Shown here in pieces: positions 1 to 12,147 of a stretch of DNA of 64,000 nucleotides. The DNA is from Catajapyx aquilonaris. Its lineage: Eukaryota. Below the pieces are notes generated by a model. It had not been told where the DNA came from. It saw nothing but the letters and a program-made list of their open reading frames with translations, and ran no database searches. Location of the stretch: positions 1-64,000 of the forward strand of contig KZ538293.1 of the NCBI GenBank assembly GCA_000934665.2, given 5' to 3'. Numbering within the stretch: position 1 is the first letter of the stretch; every line of letters begins with the position of its first letter. A program made the translations under genes and the position numbers.

Positions 1-205
1 GTTTGCGTTTACATTTAATTTGGCGATCTCGAAAACGGCTGGGAATTTTGCGATTATGAGGATTTTTGAAAATAGGATTGCGGGTGCAAGGAATCCAGCG
101 GTGTAAGTCCGAGGTCTGTACGACCTCGGGAAGTGGGAGATCTTTTCCATCCTATATCCTCGTCGGATAGGGGCTTTTTATATATTAGATATTTTCCCCT
201 TGGAA

Positions 206-490
206 CCTGATGAATATATCGGCCAATTCCCCCGATAATAATGCGAAAATATGTCAGTGTCATTCGATCCGTGTAATTATGGGTAACAGCGTGTCCTTTC
301 ATTGTTATCCACTACTGTAAAGCAGGTGGCAGGGCTGCGAACCTTGGTGTATTCTACACAGGACAATGATCTCCACCGTGTATTTCTTGCGGAGAAATGC
401 AAAGTACGCTAAGTAATTTACATAACTTCCAGAACATGCTGTAGGGTTTGAAGGGAAGGTTGGAATATTGCAAGTATAACATTGAAGTTG
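206..490. repeat. Duplicated non-coding block, paralogous to ~6805-7075 (upstream of the lectin pseudogene)
   Basis: Shared run CCTGATGAATATATCGGCCAAT..CCCCGATAATAATGCGAAAATATGTCAGTGTCATTCGA...CTACACAGGACAATGA in both places. Each copy has a minus-strand TATA-like motif just to its left (~176-184 and 6766-6771). Confidence 0.85.
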
Positions 491-939
491 CTATCATAGA
501 TTCAATAATAAACTATAGTAAATATGTAAGTGAATATGTATTGAATTGTATGGGAAGTACCTTGGATAAGTCCATGTGCCCATTGAATAATAGATAGTTC
601 AGGGTGGAAAAAAATCATTCTCAGTACATTTGCTTGGGTAATGCTTCTATAGATACTGTCGTCATTGTCAGAACGGAAGTTCATGTATATTTCCGCAACT
701 GAACAAATCCACTCTATTTGATGAGATGTCGAAAATCCAAATCCATACCACTCATTTCCTGGGTGTAATTATTCTGTTGCATTACTTAACACTATGAGAG
801 TCAAGCGTTGCTATACCGACGCACAACGAAAGAGTCATGATTTATTCCGCTTAAGGTTTGTACATGCCTTGGTTGTGTAATGCCAATCACCTAAGTGCAA
901 CATGGTGAAACTTGGTGTGTATACACATCATGAATCGCT

Positions 940-2999
940 ATGTTGCAAATGTGTCCCTCTGAAGGAAAGATGTTGATTTGCTTGGTGCTGATTCTGCTGG
1001 TGTTGAGAATAGTTCAGGTAGATACAGTGGCATTGCTTCAGGAAGATGAGGAAGAAGAACTTGTGTCTCGTTTTGTTCAAGATCTTCTGGTCCATGAAGA
1101 GTTGAGTGGATGCTCGTTAGTGATGTCTGATGTTGATATGCACAAGGTTCAGACTATGAACAGATTGCTATTGCGACAGAGCCAGTTGTACTCGACATCT
1201 GTTTCAATCAGCACTGGACACAACGCGTTTCGACCCAAACCATGGAGTGAATACATTGGACTAACAGGTCCGGAACAGATGTACTCCTTCACTACCATGC
1301 CACCTGATATGATGTCCCAAGTGCACCTCGGACACAAATGTGTCCTGCAAGTCTTGGTGTCCGACAGTCCGTCTACCTTGCCTGAACAACTGGTGCAAGT
1401 CGCCGGAACAGTCCGAGTCAGAAACCTGGATGACTTCTTCTTCTTTCACTTCAGAAACATGTCACGAGAAATCAAGAACGATGTGATGGATCATCCGGCC
1501 AAAGGAATACGGTTCAAACTGATAAGCAGGTATGTCCAACTTACACCATTTTTGATTAGGTAAAACATTCTCTATTGCGTACTTACAGCAAAGATGAAAA
1601 CGGGCTGCTGTTGGAGACAGTCTGCTTCTTCTGCCACGATGGAAACGTGTCTTTTCAAACCCTTGGAATCTACCCTAGTCAAGGTGTTCCTCAAGATGTC
1701 TACAGGAACAAGGAATCGATCAGAAGAAACCAACCGATAGTCATCAGATTCGTTCATTTCGAAACACTAGACACCACAGTGTCCAGAAAGAACCAGAGGA
1801 TCCTTGGAAAGCAATATCTGAGCACAACTGAAAGGATGTTTGTTGAGTTAGAAAATTATCTGAACGCCAAGATGAAAGTGATTGTATACGCGGATTATGG
1901 CGAAGAAGCGATGGATTCAATGAGACCAAACGGAAGCTGGACAGGATCAGCTGCATACATCCTAGATGGTAAAGCTGACGGAGGAGGAATCTACATACTG
2001 TCAGATTTGCATATCCGACAGGTGACATACCCGACTTTACCTGCGTCATTAAACCTAAAATTTGTCACTGCTGTGCCTCAGGTGGTGATTCCTCTGGATG
2101 TACTGTTCCTTCCATTCACACCATCAATGTGGATGACCCTTTCTGTCACCTGGATCGTCTCTGGAGTCGTGCTATGGGGTGTGATTCGCGCATCAGGAGG
2201 ATCAACCAGTTTCGGTTCATCCATATCTTCAGTATTGAAAATGATGATTTACCAGCCGAACAACCTGCCACCGTTTGAAGCTTCGAGAATCTTCGAAGCC
2301 TCTTTGTGGATCGCGTCTATCATCATATCCTGCGCATATGTGACCAAAGTCCTAGCTTTTCTATCTGCTGTATCCAAAACTGAGATGCCCAAGACACTGG
2401 ATGAGCTTCAGCAGAAAGGATTTGAAAGCTTGATACCACTTCAAACCTGGATTCTTCTGAAGCATGCGACTCCCAGAAGCTCAGTTGACTTAGAGCTGTT
2501 CAACAGATCCTCATTCTTTCCTAACATTGAAAGCTGCATGGATGAAGTTGTTGGAAATTCGAATAAAGCTTGTGTCTCATACAACTACTTCATCCGCCGA
2601 AGTCTGTACAGCTACATGGATCCAATGGGACGAAATACCTTACAAGTTGCTCCAGAAGAATCTTACATCATCTACGCCATATTATCATTCAGCAAGAGTT
2701 TCATATTGGGTCCAAATTTTTCCAGGTTCTGGATGAGGGTTCTGGAAGGTGGTATGGTTGACCAGTGGTCACGAGAAGAATCTTTCGTCAATTACTGGCT
2801 GAAGAGGAGACGACTTAGACACGAAGGAGGAGCCTTGATTTATGAAGCTGCTGATGTTGGAGTCAAATCAGAGAATTTGAATGTATTGTTCGCTTTTTGG
2901 GTCATTGGAATGTGGGCTGCTTGTGTGGTCTTCTTGGTCGAGTTGGCCTACAGGGTTTGTTGCAAGAGGAAGAACAATAAGATTGTTGCTACTAACTGA
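940..2999 (+). CDS. Divergent ionotropic receptor (IR, iGluR-derived chemoreceptor), 2 exons: 940-1529 and 1589-2999
   Basis: ORFs 940..1563 and 1575..2999 are joined in frame by a 59-bp phase-2 intron (AG|GTATGT 1530 ... TTACAG 1588). Signal peptide, S1 motif NGSWTG...DGKAD, PF..MW at M1, M2/M3 hydrophobic segments, S2 Cys and a C-terminal TM (FWVIGMWAACVVFLVEL). Start could be ATG 970. Confidence 0.9.
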
Positions 3000-3121
3000 T
3001 ATAAAATGAGACGACCAATGTTGCTTCAAGTGCACTTTAATGCTTCATAATAGATGTTCAGATGGTGATACACGTGTGAAATATTAATTTTAAAAAACAT
3101 GTTTACCTTATTCATAAAGTC

Positions 3122-3612
3122 ATGTAGCGGCTACATTTGATAGCCAAGTTATTTATAGCAACTGATGGGCGCTAAGAGATGGGTTAACAATATTAGTTAT
3201 TTATACCTGGAGATATAGCTAGTCGTCATTTGGAAATGTACTAGAGCAGTCGGTAGATTGAGTTGTCCTGTAGGATTGACTGATTTCATCGTGTCCTCGA
3301 CCGGAATTTCAGCAAATCGTCCTCATTACACCTCGTAACATCTGTAAGGTAAGGTGCTGCAATTAATTTTGTAGGTTAAGATCGGACTCAATATTATAGT
3401 TGGTGAATTGGCAATGTCGGGTGTGGGATTGCTTGACTGCACTTTATTTTAAATATTGCTCATATTTCCATTTGAGAATCGGGCTTGAGTTGGGGATGGG
3501 GACTGTGGCAAAGGGGTCATTTTAAATGTATTTAAAATCAGGGAAACCTTTTTACGGTCCCGGCAACGTCACCTTAGTAACTCAACATGTAACAATGTTG
3601 TATAGCTTAATT
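3122..3612 (+). repeat. Block upstream of GTSF1-like genes, copy 1 of 3 (others ~9783-10261 and ~10851-11340); possible promoter plus non-coding first exon
   Basis: All three start GCGGCTACATT(T)GATAGCCAAGTTATTTATAGCAAC, contain an Inr-like (C)TAGTC/TCAGTC and a strong donor AG|GTAAGG, and end ...ACTCAACATGTAACAAT. The promoter role is inference. Confidence 0.8.
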
Positions 3613-4474
3613 CTTGTACTAACGCAATGCAGTGCACATCCAGATGACACAGCCACTCTATTTACTGGCCGTATTGCATGGCGCAAAAATTACACTGAAA
3701 TAAATGAAATCAATTTGTAATGAAATCAGCGAGGCTTACAGGACCCCACCCAAACACAGTCATGAAAATGGCCGCGCTTCAGTTTCTCAACCTAATATTT
3801 TGATTATTGAATAAACATGTTGCCACGGAATTTACTTTGACATATTGATATACTATAAAATATTGATTCAAACAGACAATAGTATTGACGTCACTGAGGG
3901 CAACAACGATCTTTCACATTGTCAGCAATGACAGTAACTATATTAAAATCTTACAACGTCAGCTGGTGAAACATAAGACAAATGCAGATAATATTTGTCC
4001 ACTCTCTAATGAGAAAAACAACAAAAAATTGCCTTCAATAGGTTCAATAGGGCTATCAAAAATTAAATTAATTTTACTTCACTGTGTACTGTATCCACAG
4101 TATTCCTAATGTCCTCATCAGTGTGATTGCAATGGCAACATCTCGTTCAGCAATGCACATTACCTCACGACAATGTCACATTGAACATATTCAACATGTT
4201 CAATGTGACATTGTCGTGAAACAAATTTTGTTTCAGTTCCTGGTGCAAAAATCTGCTTGTCTTGGATCGAGCCACGTCCTCAAACGAACTCCTGTGCAAT
4301 GGCAAGCTGGAAGAAAAGGTACGGACAACAATTGTTTATTCTGTGCAAAATCATATTTGGCCATATCCAAAATAATAGTGTGCCCACCCTACAATATTAC
4401 ACGTGACATGACATAGCAAACAAATTACTGTACATCGAAATCAATGTTCAATAATTAGGGAGGTGAAGGCAGCG

Positions 4475-5491
4475 ATGTCAGGTGTCAACAGAGTTAAGAA
4501 GCCAGCTGTCCCACTGGCTGAAGGCGAGTATTGGAAAATGTGCCCGTACAATCGCGGGCACGTCATCCTGGCAACCAAGTATGTCCGCCATCTACTCAAG
4601 TGTAGAAAGCAGTACCCAAACGCGGATATCAAGATTTGCTGTTTTAATGCGTCTCACCACGTTCCCATGGCTGACCTGGAGAGCCATCAGAGGAGCTGCT
4701 CCAATCGTGTTAGGATGGAATATGTCCCGCGTGAGTAGTCCATGTCCACTGTAATGTGTTTGTTCGGCTTCGGCACAGTGTAGCCGACCCATAGGGTCAA
4801 ATAACGATTACAACTTGTCCTGTTTTTGCGTTAATAATATGCAATTGTAGCATATTCTAATCTGTTATTTTGTATTTAGATGGCTCAAGTGCTAAGGATG
4901 ATGATGCTTTGAAGGGCATGGGGCATACCAATCAGAACACGACTAATGATGACGACTGCTGGGACGATGCTTCTGATGGCACGTACGATCCCAACCAAAA
5001 GCTGAAGACCGTGACTCTCCTTATGTAAGATCATATCCCCAGTAAATAATACAGTAGTCAGCTACAGGATATGCAATAATTATTACTTCCGATGTTATGC
5101 TATAACTTTCTCAATATGCAACGGAATAATTTTGCATTATAATATTGGAAATATATAATTATATATATATGCTATTAGTGCATCAGAGGTTTGATAATAT
5201 TGTGCCTTTTGATTTCAGTGCTCCACAGAACATTAGCCGATCGCAGCGAATAAATTTTAGGAACAAGCAAGCCAACTTGTACAGGTAGGTTGACCCAAAA
5301 GCAACAAGGGAACCAACATCCAAGAAGAGGTGTAGTAACAATGTCATTTCAGGTTGTCAAAGTCTGTTGAGGTACATCCTCCTTCTCCACCTTCCCCATC
5401 TACTGGTGTGAAGCCACATTTGCGCCTACCTCGATTTCCAAGCCTACCAGGCTTCAAAAACAGGGTTGCAAAGGCTGTCATCTCCAGGTAG
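4475..5491 (+). CDS. Gtsf1: GTSF1/Asterix-like protein (two CHHC U11-48K zinc fingers), copy A; exons 4475-4730, 4880-5024, 5219-5284, 5353-5491
   Basis: Fingers CPYNRGH-x9-HLLKC and CCFNASH-x9-HQRSC. Exon 2 gives the acidic DDDCWDD...TYDP segment and exon 3 gives SRSQRINFR, both typical of arthropod GTSF1. All three GT-AG junctions keep frame (phases 1,2,2) and are conserved in copy B. Confidence 0.9.
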
Positions 5492-6269
5492 AAGAACAAG
5501 TCTGCTGAAGAAGAACGCAGGAGTAGCTCACGATGATGGCTAATTTTGAGAATACTATTGCCCTGTCGTCACCGTGTGGTTCCCAGATTTCTTCACAAGA
5601 TGGGACAACAATATTGTTTCTACAGTATTTAACAATTTCTCGTTTTGGATCATTAACCCACCCCCGTACCCCCATGTTAGTTTTAAGCAAGTTACGTCAC
5701 AGTTGATGAGCACCTACAGCCCCATTCCTCCTGAGTCAGTGATAACCTCCATAGTCAACCAGAAAATTCAGCGACACGGCCTTGAGAACCCCCTCCTATC
5801 AACAAGGACAAAATGCGCAGAAAATTACTAGTCTTTTCGACATCAAATTTTCCGACGTCATTTGAAGAAGAACCTTCACCATAAATCAAAACTCTTTTTG
5901 TGGCCTTCAACCTGCAAAGCATACATTTAGACCAGGTTAGACGTTGTAACTTGCACCGAGAAATCCGATGAAGTCACCTAAATGTAACTACTATTCCTGG
6001 TCTGATGGCATACAAGCATGCCTCCTGAGTAATATTACATGATGGTGTGACTGTGAGTCACTCCTTGTAAAAAGTGAGTGCGAAATACAACATATTGTGC
6101 CCTTTTCATGCGTTTTTATGACTAATGGGCCGTAAAGACGGCTTTCAATATTACAAGAGAAGAACGGTCATGAACTGATATGAACTCTCTACCATTTATT
6201 TTTTATTCAGTTTTATTCAATTCTCGAAAGTACATTTTACAGCAGGTTACGAAGAACAACAAGTTTCTT

Positions 6270-6696
6270 TAGTACATGTCAGAGCGTAGTGAAGTTTCAC
6301 AGTCATATAAAGCCAAAGTTGACTGTCATGGAGCAGAGCAGGACATGTCGTTCCAGCGAAATCCAAATTGCGTTTCCAGCAGAGTTGTCATGCAATTTTC
6401 ATTTCCTCTTCTCCACTATCACAACATCAGAAACCGTTTATTAGTAGTTTCATATTCAAAAAATTATGAAATTCAAAATGCAAGCTAGGCATCGGAAAAA
6501 ATTGTTGTGACTTACTGCGTGCTGAAGGTGCAATAGGTGTGATCTATGACGAGGAGATGTCCCCTAAAAGGCCCAAGGAGGCCTATTGCAGGATATTCAG
6601 CGCATTTTTATCCCGTAATATTATTATTATTACGTCTTGAGCAGATGCAATTGTTGCGACAATTAGAGCCGTGACAATGGATCGCAAAATATTCAT
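6270..6696 (-). pseudogene. C-type lectin pseudogene (damaged exon 1, exon 2 apparently deleted, 3' part of exon 3)
   Basis: ATG 6696 gives signal-like MNILRSIVTALIVATIASAQD with later stops, ending ...IAPSAR|GTAAGT like the neighbours' exon 1. ~6410-6290 reads RGNENCMTTLLETQFGFRWNDMSCSAP* followed by a disrupted GFI/CET end. TATA at 6766-6771. Confidence 0.75.
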
Positions 6697-7535
6697 AGTT
6701 AATGATGATCTGCCACTTCTGATGGAAGATCCTGGAATGCTCCACTTCGCAGCATTACCGCTGGCTTTATAAGGAAGAATTTTCGCCTTGTAATAATATT
6801 ATTTCCTGATGAATATATCGGCCAATGCCCCCGATAATAATGCGAAAATATGTCAGTGTCATTCGACCCGTGTAATTATGGGTAACAGCGTGTCCTTTCA
6901 TTGTTATCCACTACTCTAAAGCAGGTGGCAGGGCTGCGAACCCTGGTGTATTCTACACAGGACAATGACCTTTCTGGAAGAGAAATGCAGAGTACATAAT
7001 TAACATCACTTCCTGAACATGCTGTAGGGTTTGAAGTGAAGGTTGGAATCTATAAATATTGCGAGTGTGACATATTGTCCGATTCCTTCCGTTATGGAAA
7101 GTTATCAGAGACTTAATAATAATTTTGAACTGTAATAATAAACTGTTACAAGTGGATCTGTCTTTATTTTAATCTTACTAAATTACCAAGGGTTCATTTT
7201 TCAGAGGGAAACACAATCACAAGCTTCAGATATTAGAAAATGTCAGTGTTTCAGATGTGTCAGACACGAAGCAGATTAATCAGACATATTTTATTTTTTA
7301 AATTTATTACAGTATTACATGAAAACATTTCTTCACAAACAAATTGAGTGCTTTTATGCTATGTGGACTGAAATTATGCTTATAATGTTATTGGCCTAGA
7401 AGCAATCGGACACAATGCAAAACAAAATATTTGTAACTAATAAAATACACGCATGTCCTTCTGTTTGAATGTTTATGGCTGCTTATTGTAACATGTGTTA
7501 TTGTAGCAAAATATTAATTGCAATTTCAGAAAATG

Positions 7536-8197
7536 TTAAGCTTCGCAAATAAATCCTTGATTAGCCAGAGCGCAGTTCCTGTCATCCCATCGAAACGCAT
7601 AGGATGAAACCAAAGACATGCAATTTTCATTTCCTCTGTAATTGTCAGGCGCCCCCGGGAACCAATCGGTGTAATCGACTGGCTTCAATGTTCCTTGCCA
7701 ATACCAGGTTCCTTCGTGACCTAGGTCGTATCCGCCAACGAAGAAATTACGGCCACGAAAATCTGTAACATAACAATTTTATAAGCACATGTTGAAGGTG
7801 CACTTGAATAGTCTTACATCTCAACAGGTGATCTTGAATGTAATCGTTTTCCACCGGAGACTCAATTGTAATAAGATTTCCTCCAATGACTCTGCAGTAT
7901 TCGGCTGCTCTCCACCAATTTTTTTTCATACTCGGATTTCCGAAATAGTAACATCCTGAAGCAATGTTCTGGAAAGGAACTGGGCAGGCCTCTGAAATAA
8001 ATTGAAAGACTGTACTTTTCAATAGACGCACACAAAATATGACTTCATGTATGAAGCAGACAGTTTCTCAACACATACAGTCAGTAACAAGACTTACTTG
8101 CAGAACGTAATGCAGGTGCAACATTTGTCCTGTTGGATGATCCATAAACTGATGTTACAGCGATGACCGCCAGAAATGAAGCCAGAACCTTAGCCAT
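7536..8197 (-). CDS. Secreted single-domain C-type lectin; exons 8197-8098, 7991-7818, 7762-7536
   Basis: Signal peptide MAKVLASFLAVIAVTSVYG; CP..F.....CYYF...NWWRAAEYC...GGNLITIES; FFVGGYDLGHEGTWYW...DW...APDN...ENCM...WDD.NC...FICE*. Two phase-1 GT-AG introns keep frame. Confidence 0.93.
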
Positions 8198-8237
8198 GAG
8201 GCTATCAAGTGCTTTTACGTGGAGTACCAGCTATGAA

Positions 8238-8243
8238 TTTATA
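8238..8243 (-). promoter_or_regulatory. TATA box of the lectin at 7536-8197 (equivalent box at 9495-9500 for the second lectin)
   Basis: Identical AGGTATAAATTC ~40-50 bp upstream of each lectin ATG, with GATA-like motifs nearby. Confidence 0.55.
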
Positions 8244-8791
8244 CCTAAAAAGAAATCTTGATAAGAAAATGCCTGGACTTAGATCCAAATGCGCGGGAAA
8301 TAAATCTATAGTGCAAAATTTTGCAACGCACGTCTTGTGAGTCTCCGTTTCGCTCAAATTATACGCCTGCCGATTGTTATGCAATGTCATATAACCGCAA
8401 TATTTCATTTTTAATATATCAGAACCACTAGATAAGAGGGTTTTAATTTATGTGAACTTCCCCGCAATATCTGCTTTGAGAGAAAAGCCGCCGACTGATC
8501 TGGCGAAAATTTTGCAACATTTTACATAACCTACATCTTGAAAAATGTTTGAGAATAAAAGGTATATTGCTATGAACTAGTTATGTAATTCTCATTATGT
8601 GAGATAATGAAGATGTAAATTAAAGTAGAAAACCACTTGATTCGCTCACTTTTTTCTATGCCTGCGACCTGCGGTGTAGACGTTATAAATTAAATGGAGA
8701 TAAACACCGTTCATTGCATACTGTTACTTGTCGACTTTATTCTTACGGCTAACATTGGTTTTGCCTTCATGAGTATTCTGCAGTGGACACT

Positions 8792-9448
8792 TTAGGTTTC
8801 ACAGATAAACCCATAGGTTCTGTTATCAGTAAGATGGCAGTAATCGTCGTCCCAGCGAAACCCGTAATCCACATTGAGGGTCATGCAATTTTGACCACGT
8901 ATGTCTCCCTTCATATCGTTGTTCGGTTGTCCAGCACCCCAATCGAAGAAGTCGATATGCCTCAATGTCGCCTGCCAATACCAGATTCCCTCGTGGCCGA
9001 GGTCGTAACCGCCAATGAAGAACCGACTCTGAGGGTAGTCTGTAAATGTTTACAACATTATGTAATTAAATATTGTTCAATATGTTTATGGATATGCTTA
9101 CTTCTTAACAGATGATCTTGAATGTACTCGTTTTCAACTGGATCTTCTATGGTGAGCAGGTTCCCCCCGATGATCCGGCAGTACTCTGCAGCCTCCCACC
9201 AGTTGTTCTTCAGATTGGCTGCACCGAAGTAGTAGCATCCTGAACCAATGTTCTGGAATGGCACTTTGCACGCCTCTGAAATTATCATCATTACATTTAA
9301 TGTCAATTTCGAAAAACTAAAAGCTGTTGCAGTAGGGCTTACCATGAGAGAGAACAGCAGGTGCGACAGATACTCTGCCAGCTGGAGGTGCTGCAGATAT
9401 TGCAGACACGACAAGTAAAGCCACAATAGCTACCAGTGTCTTCCACAT
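8792..9448 (-). CDS. Secreted single-domain C-type lectin, paralogue; exons 9448-9343, 9275-9102, 9039-8792
   Basis: Signal MWKTLVAIVALLVVSAISA and the same exon structure as the first lectin. CYYF...NWWEAAEYC; FFIGGYDLGHEGIWYW...DWGAGQPNN...QNCM...WDDDYC...GFICET*. Confidence 0.93.
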
Positions 9449-10582
9449 GGTGACCACTGTTGCGAAAAGGGCTTTTGATAGATAGCGATTGGAATTTATA
9501 CCTGAATTTTGCGATAATCTACCAAAGGACATAATGATATCGCCTTATCAATGACGCAAACAAGTGCAGAATATTCATTTTTTTTCAATCGATCAGTATA
9601 ACATGCCATGTTGTTTTATCACTGAACAAACACTTTACTTTAATATCTTATACATACTATATACATTGGGTCCCAGGAGGATAACCACACACACACACAC
9701 TTCCCATAACACTGCCCATCAAGTTTCATACATATTGAACAATAAAGTGGTGAGGAAAAAATTGCGCGAAAAAATCTGAAAAGCGGCTACATTGATAGCC
9801 AAGTTATTTATAGCAACCGGTGCCAAGAGACGGGTTAACAATAATATATTATATTAGTTGTTTACTAAGAGATATAGCTCTCAGTCGTCATTGTGATCAG
9901 CGACAGACCAGACGCAATATTGAGCTGTCCTGCAGGATTGTCTTAATATCACTGTCTCCTCATCAGTTTCCTTGAATCGTCTTGCATATTACATCTTACT
10001 GCAAGGTAAGGTGCTGCAATATTAGTTTGTATCATTATATTCGCGTCCCAGGATCGGACTCGATAGTTGTTGGTGAATAGGCGATGTCTGATGTGGGAAG
10101 ACTTGACTTTATTGTATTTAAATATTGCTCATATTTCTGGGGTTGAGGATGGGGACTGTGCTGGCAAAGGGGTCATTTTTAATATATTTAAAATCAAGGT
10201 GATTTGTATAATTATTATGTCCCTGCAACGTCACCTTGGAAACTCAACATGTAACAATATTCCAAAAGTATATGATGAAAAATTGAAGGCTGTGCAGTGT
10301 ATTGAAAGACCGGCACTACTCTTAGTTATTCCCCAACCCCAAAATGGCCAATCTGGCCCGGGTGACTGTGCCAGCAGGCAGCTATGGGGTCACTGGAGAA
10401 CTCAAGGCCCACCACCACGTCAAGGTGGAGATACCATGCACGACACTGTGATCGTGTATAGTGAAGGGAGTCATATTATCTGTGGGTCTCGGAAATCCTC
10501 TAGAGCTGTGGTCGCACCTCGGCAACTCAACAGTTGTTTACACCCCATTGCGCACGATTAGAACCCGGGCCAATGTCCCAAA

Positions 10583-10760
10583 GTCCTTTTCGCCTCCTGC
10601 GGCGAAGGATGACCTTGGATGTCAAGTCCAATGTGCTTATGACCTTCCCAGTAAAAAACTACCCCTAATCATTCCCCTGGGGCATATGTCGAGGCCTCCG
10701 TATGGATTGGAATTGGTAGCAAGAGGACAGACATACGTCTTGAAATATGTATTAGATACA
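10583..10760. repeat. Dispersed repeat fragment, second copy at ~24779-24945
   Basis: Shared CCTTTTC.CCTCCTGC.G..AAGGATGACCTTGGA.GTC.AGTCCAAT...AAAAACTACCCCTAAT...CCCTGGGGCATATGTCGAGGCC. Confidence 0.7.
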
Positions 10761-11460
10761 TACATGTCACATTAACACCAGATCCGGTAGAACAAACATT
10801 TGCTTGGGAAATGCTTCGGAAAAGGGTGAAAATGCCAACATAAAGTATAATGTAGCGGCTACATTGATAGCCAAGTTATTTATAGCAACCGGTGCCAAGA
10901 GACGGGCTAACAATAATATATTATATTAGTTGTTTACTTAGTGATATAGCTCTCAGTCGTCATTGTGATCAGCGACAGACCAGTCGCAATATTGAGTTGT
11001 CCTGCAGGATTGTCTTAAAATATCACTGTGTCTCCTCATCCATTTCCTTGAATCGCCTTGCACATTACATCTTACTGCAAGGTAAGGTGATGCAATATTA
11101 GTTTGTATCATTCGCGTCCCAGGATCGGACTCGATAGTTGGTGAATTGGCGATGTCTGATGTGGGAAGGCTTGACTTTATTGTACAGTATTTAAATATTG
11201 CTCATATTTCTGGGGTTGAGGATGGGGAATGTGGCAAAGAGGTCGTTTTATAAAATACATTTAAAATCAAGGCGATTTGTATAGGTCCCTGCAACGTCAC
11301 CTTGGAAACTCAACATGTAACAATATTGTGTAGCTTAATATTATGCGAAACCAATGTAGCTAACACACTTTTAATGAGAAAAGCAGTCTAAAATGGCTTT
11401 TAAGAAAGGGAATAGACATGTCAAAATTTTATCGCCAAGTCCACGTTCATTTACAATATA

Positions 11461-11657
11461 CAGAGTGACTCCAAAGTCAGGATACGCATAAGTAATTGGA
11501 TTGTATTGTTGTGCCAACTAGCAAATTGTTGACACTTACTGTTAGTAAATGATGAGTTGGTACAGTACGGTTGGCACTTGGAGTTGTCACTACTGAAAAC
11601 CAACAATGCAATTTATATTACTACATAATTATGTATCCTGACTTTAGATCCACCCTG
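11461..11657. mobile_element. Tc1/mariner-type MITE
   Basis: TA|CAGAGTGACTCCAAAGTCAGGATAC ... GTATCCTGACTTTAGATCCACCCTG|TA: imperfect TIRs with TA flanks. Confidence 0.75.
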
Positions 11658-12147
11658 TAGTTTGGCTTGATATGGCTGTTAGATTATGTCAATCATATAA
11701 TAAGGGAGGGATTGGTGTAGGATTAATTTTAGCGTCATAGAAAAATCCGATTTTAAGCACATTCACATCTTGGGAAATGGATATTAAATTTTACTTCACT
11801 GTACTCATGCTATGTACTTACAGTTTTCATCATATTCCTAACGTCACTATTATTGCAATGGCAACATCTCGTTCACTAATGCACCTTACGTCATGGCAAT
11901 GTCACATTGCACTTGTTTCAGTTCCTGGTGCGAAGGTCTGCTTGTCTTGAATCGAGCTACATCCTCAATCCAACTGCTGTGCAATGGCAAGCTGGAAGAA
12001 AAGATATGGACGACAATGCTGTGAAAAGTCATATTTGGCTATATCTAAAATAATAGTGTGCCCACCCTACAATACTGCATGTGACATGATATCGCAAACT
12101 AATTACATCGAAATCACTGTTCAATAACTAGGGAGGTGAAGGCAGCG

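Noticed and set aside
502..684. Gustatory-receptor-like C-terminus (FTYIFTIVYY)
   Set aside because: Weak resemblance only; no upstream TM exons or supporting splice structure.
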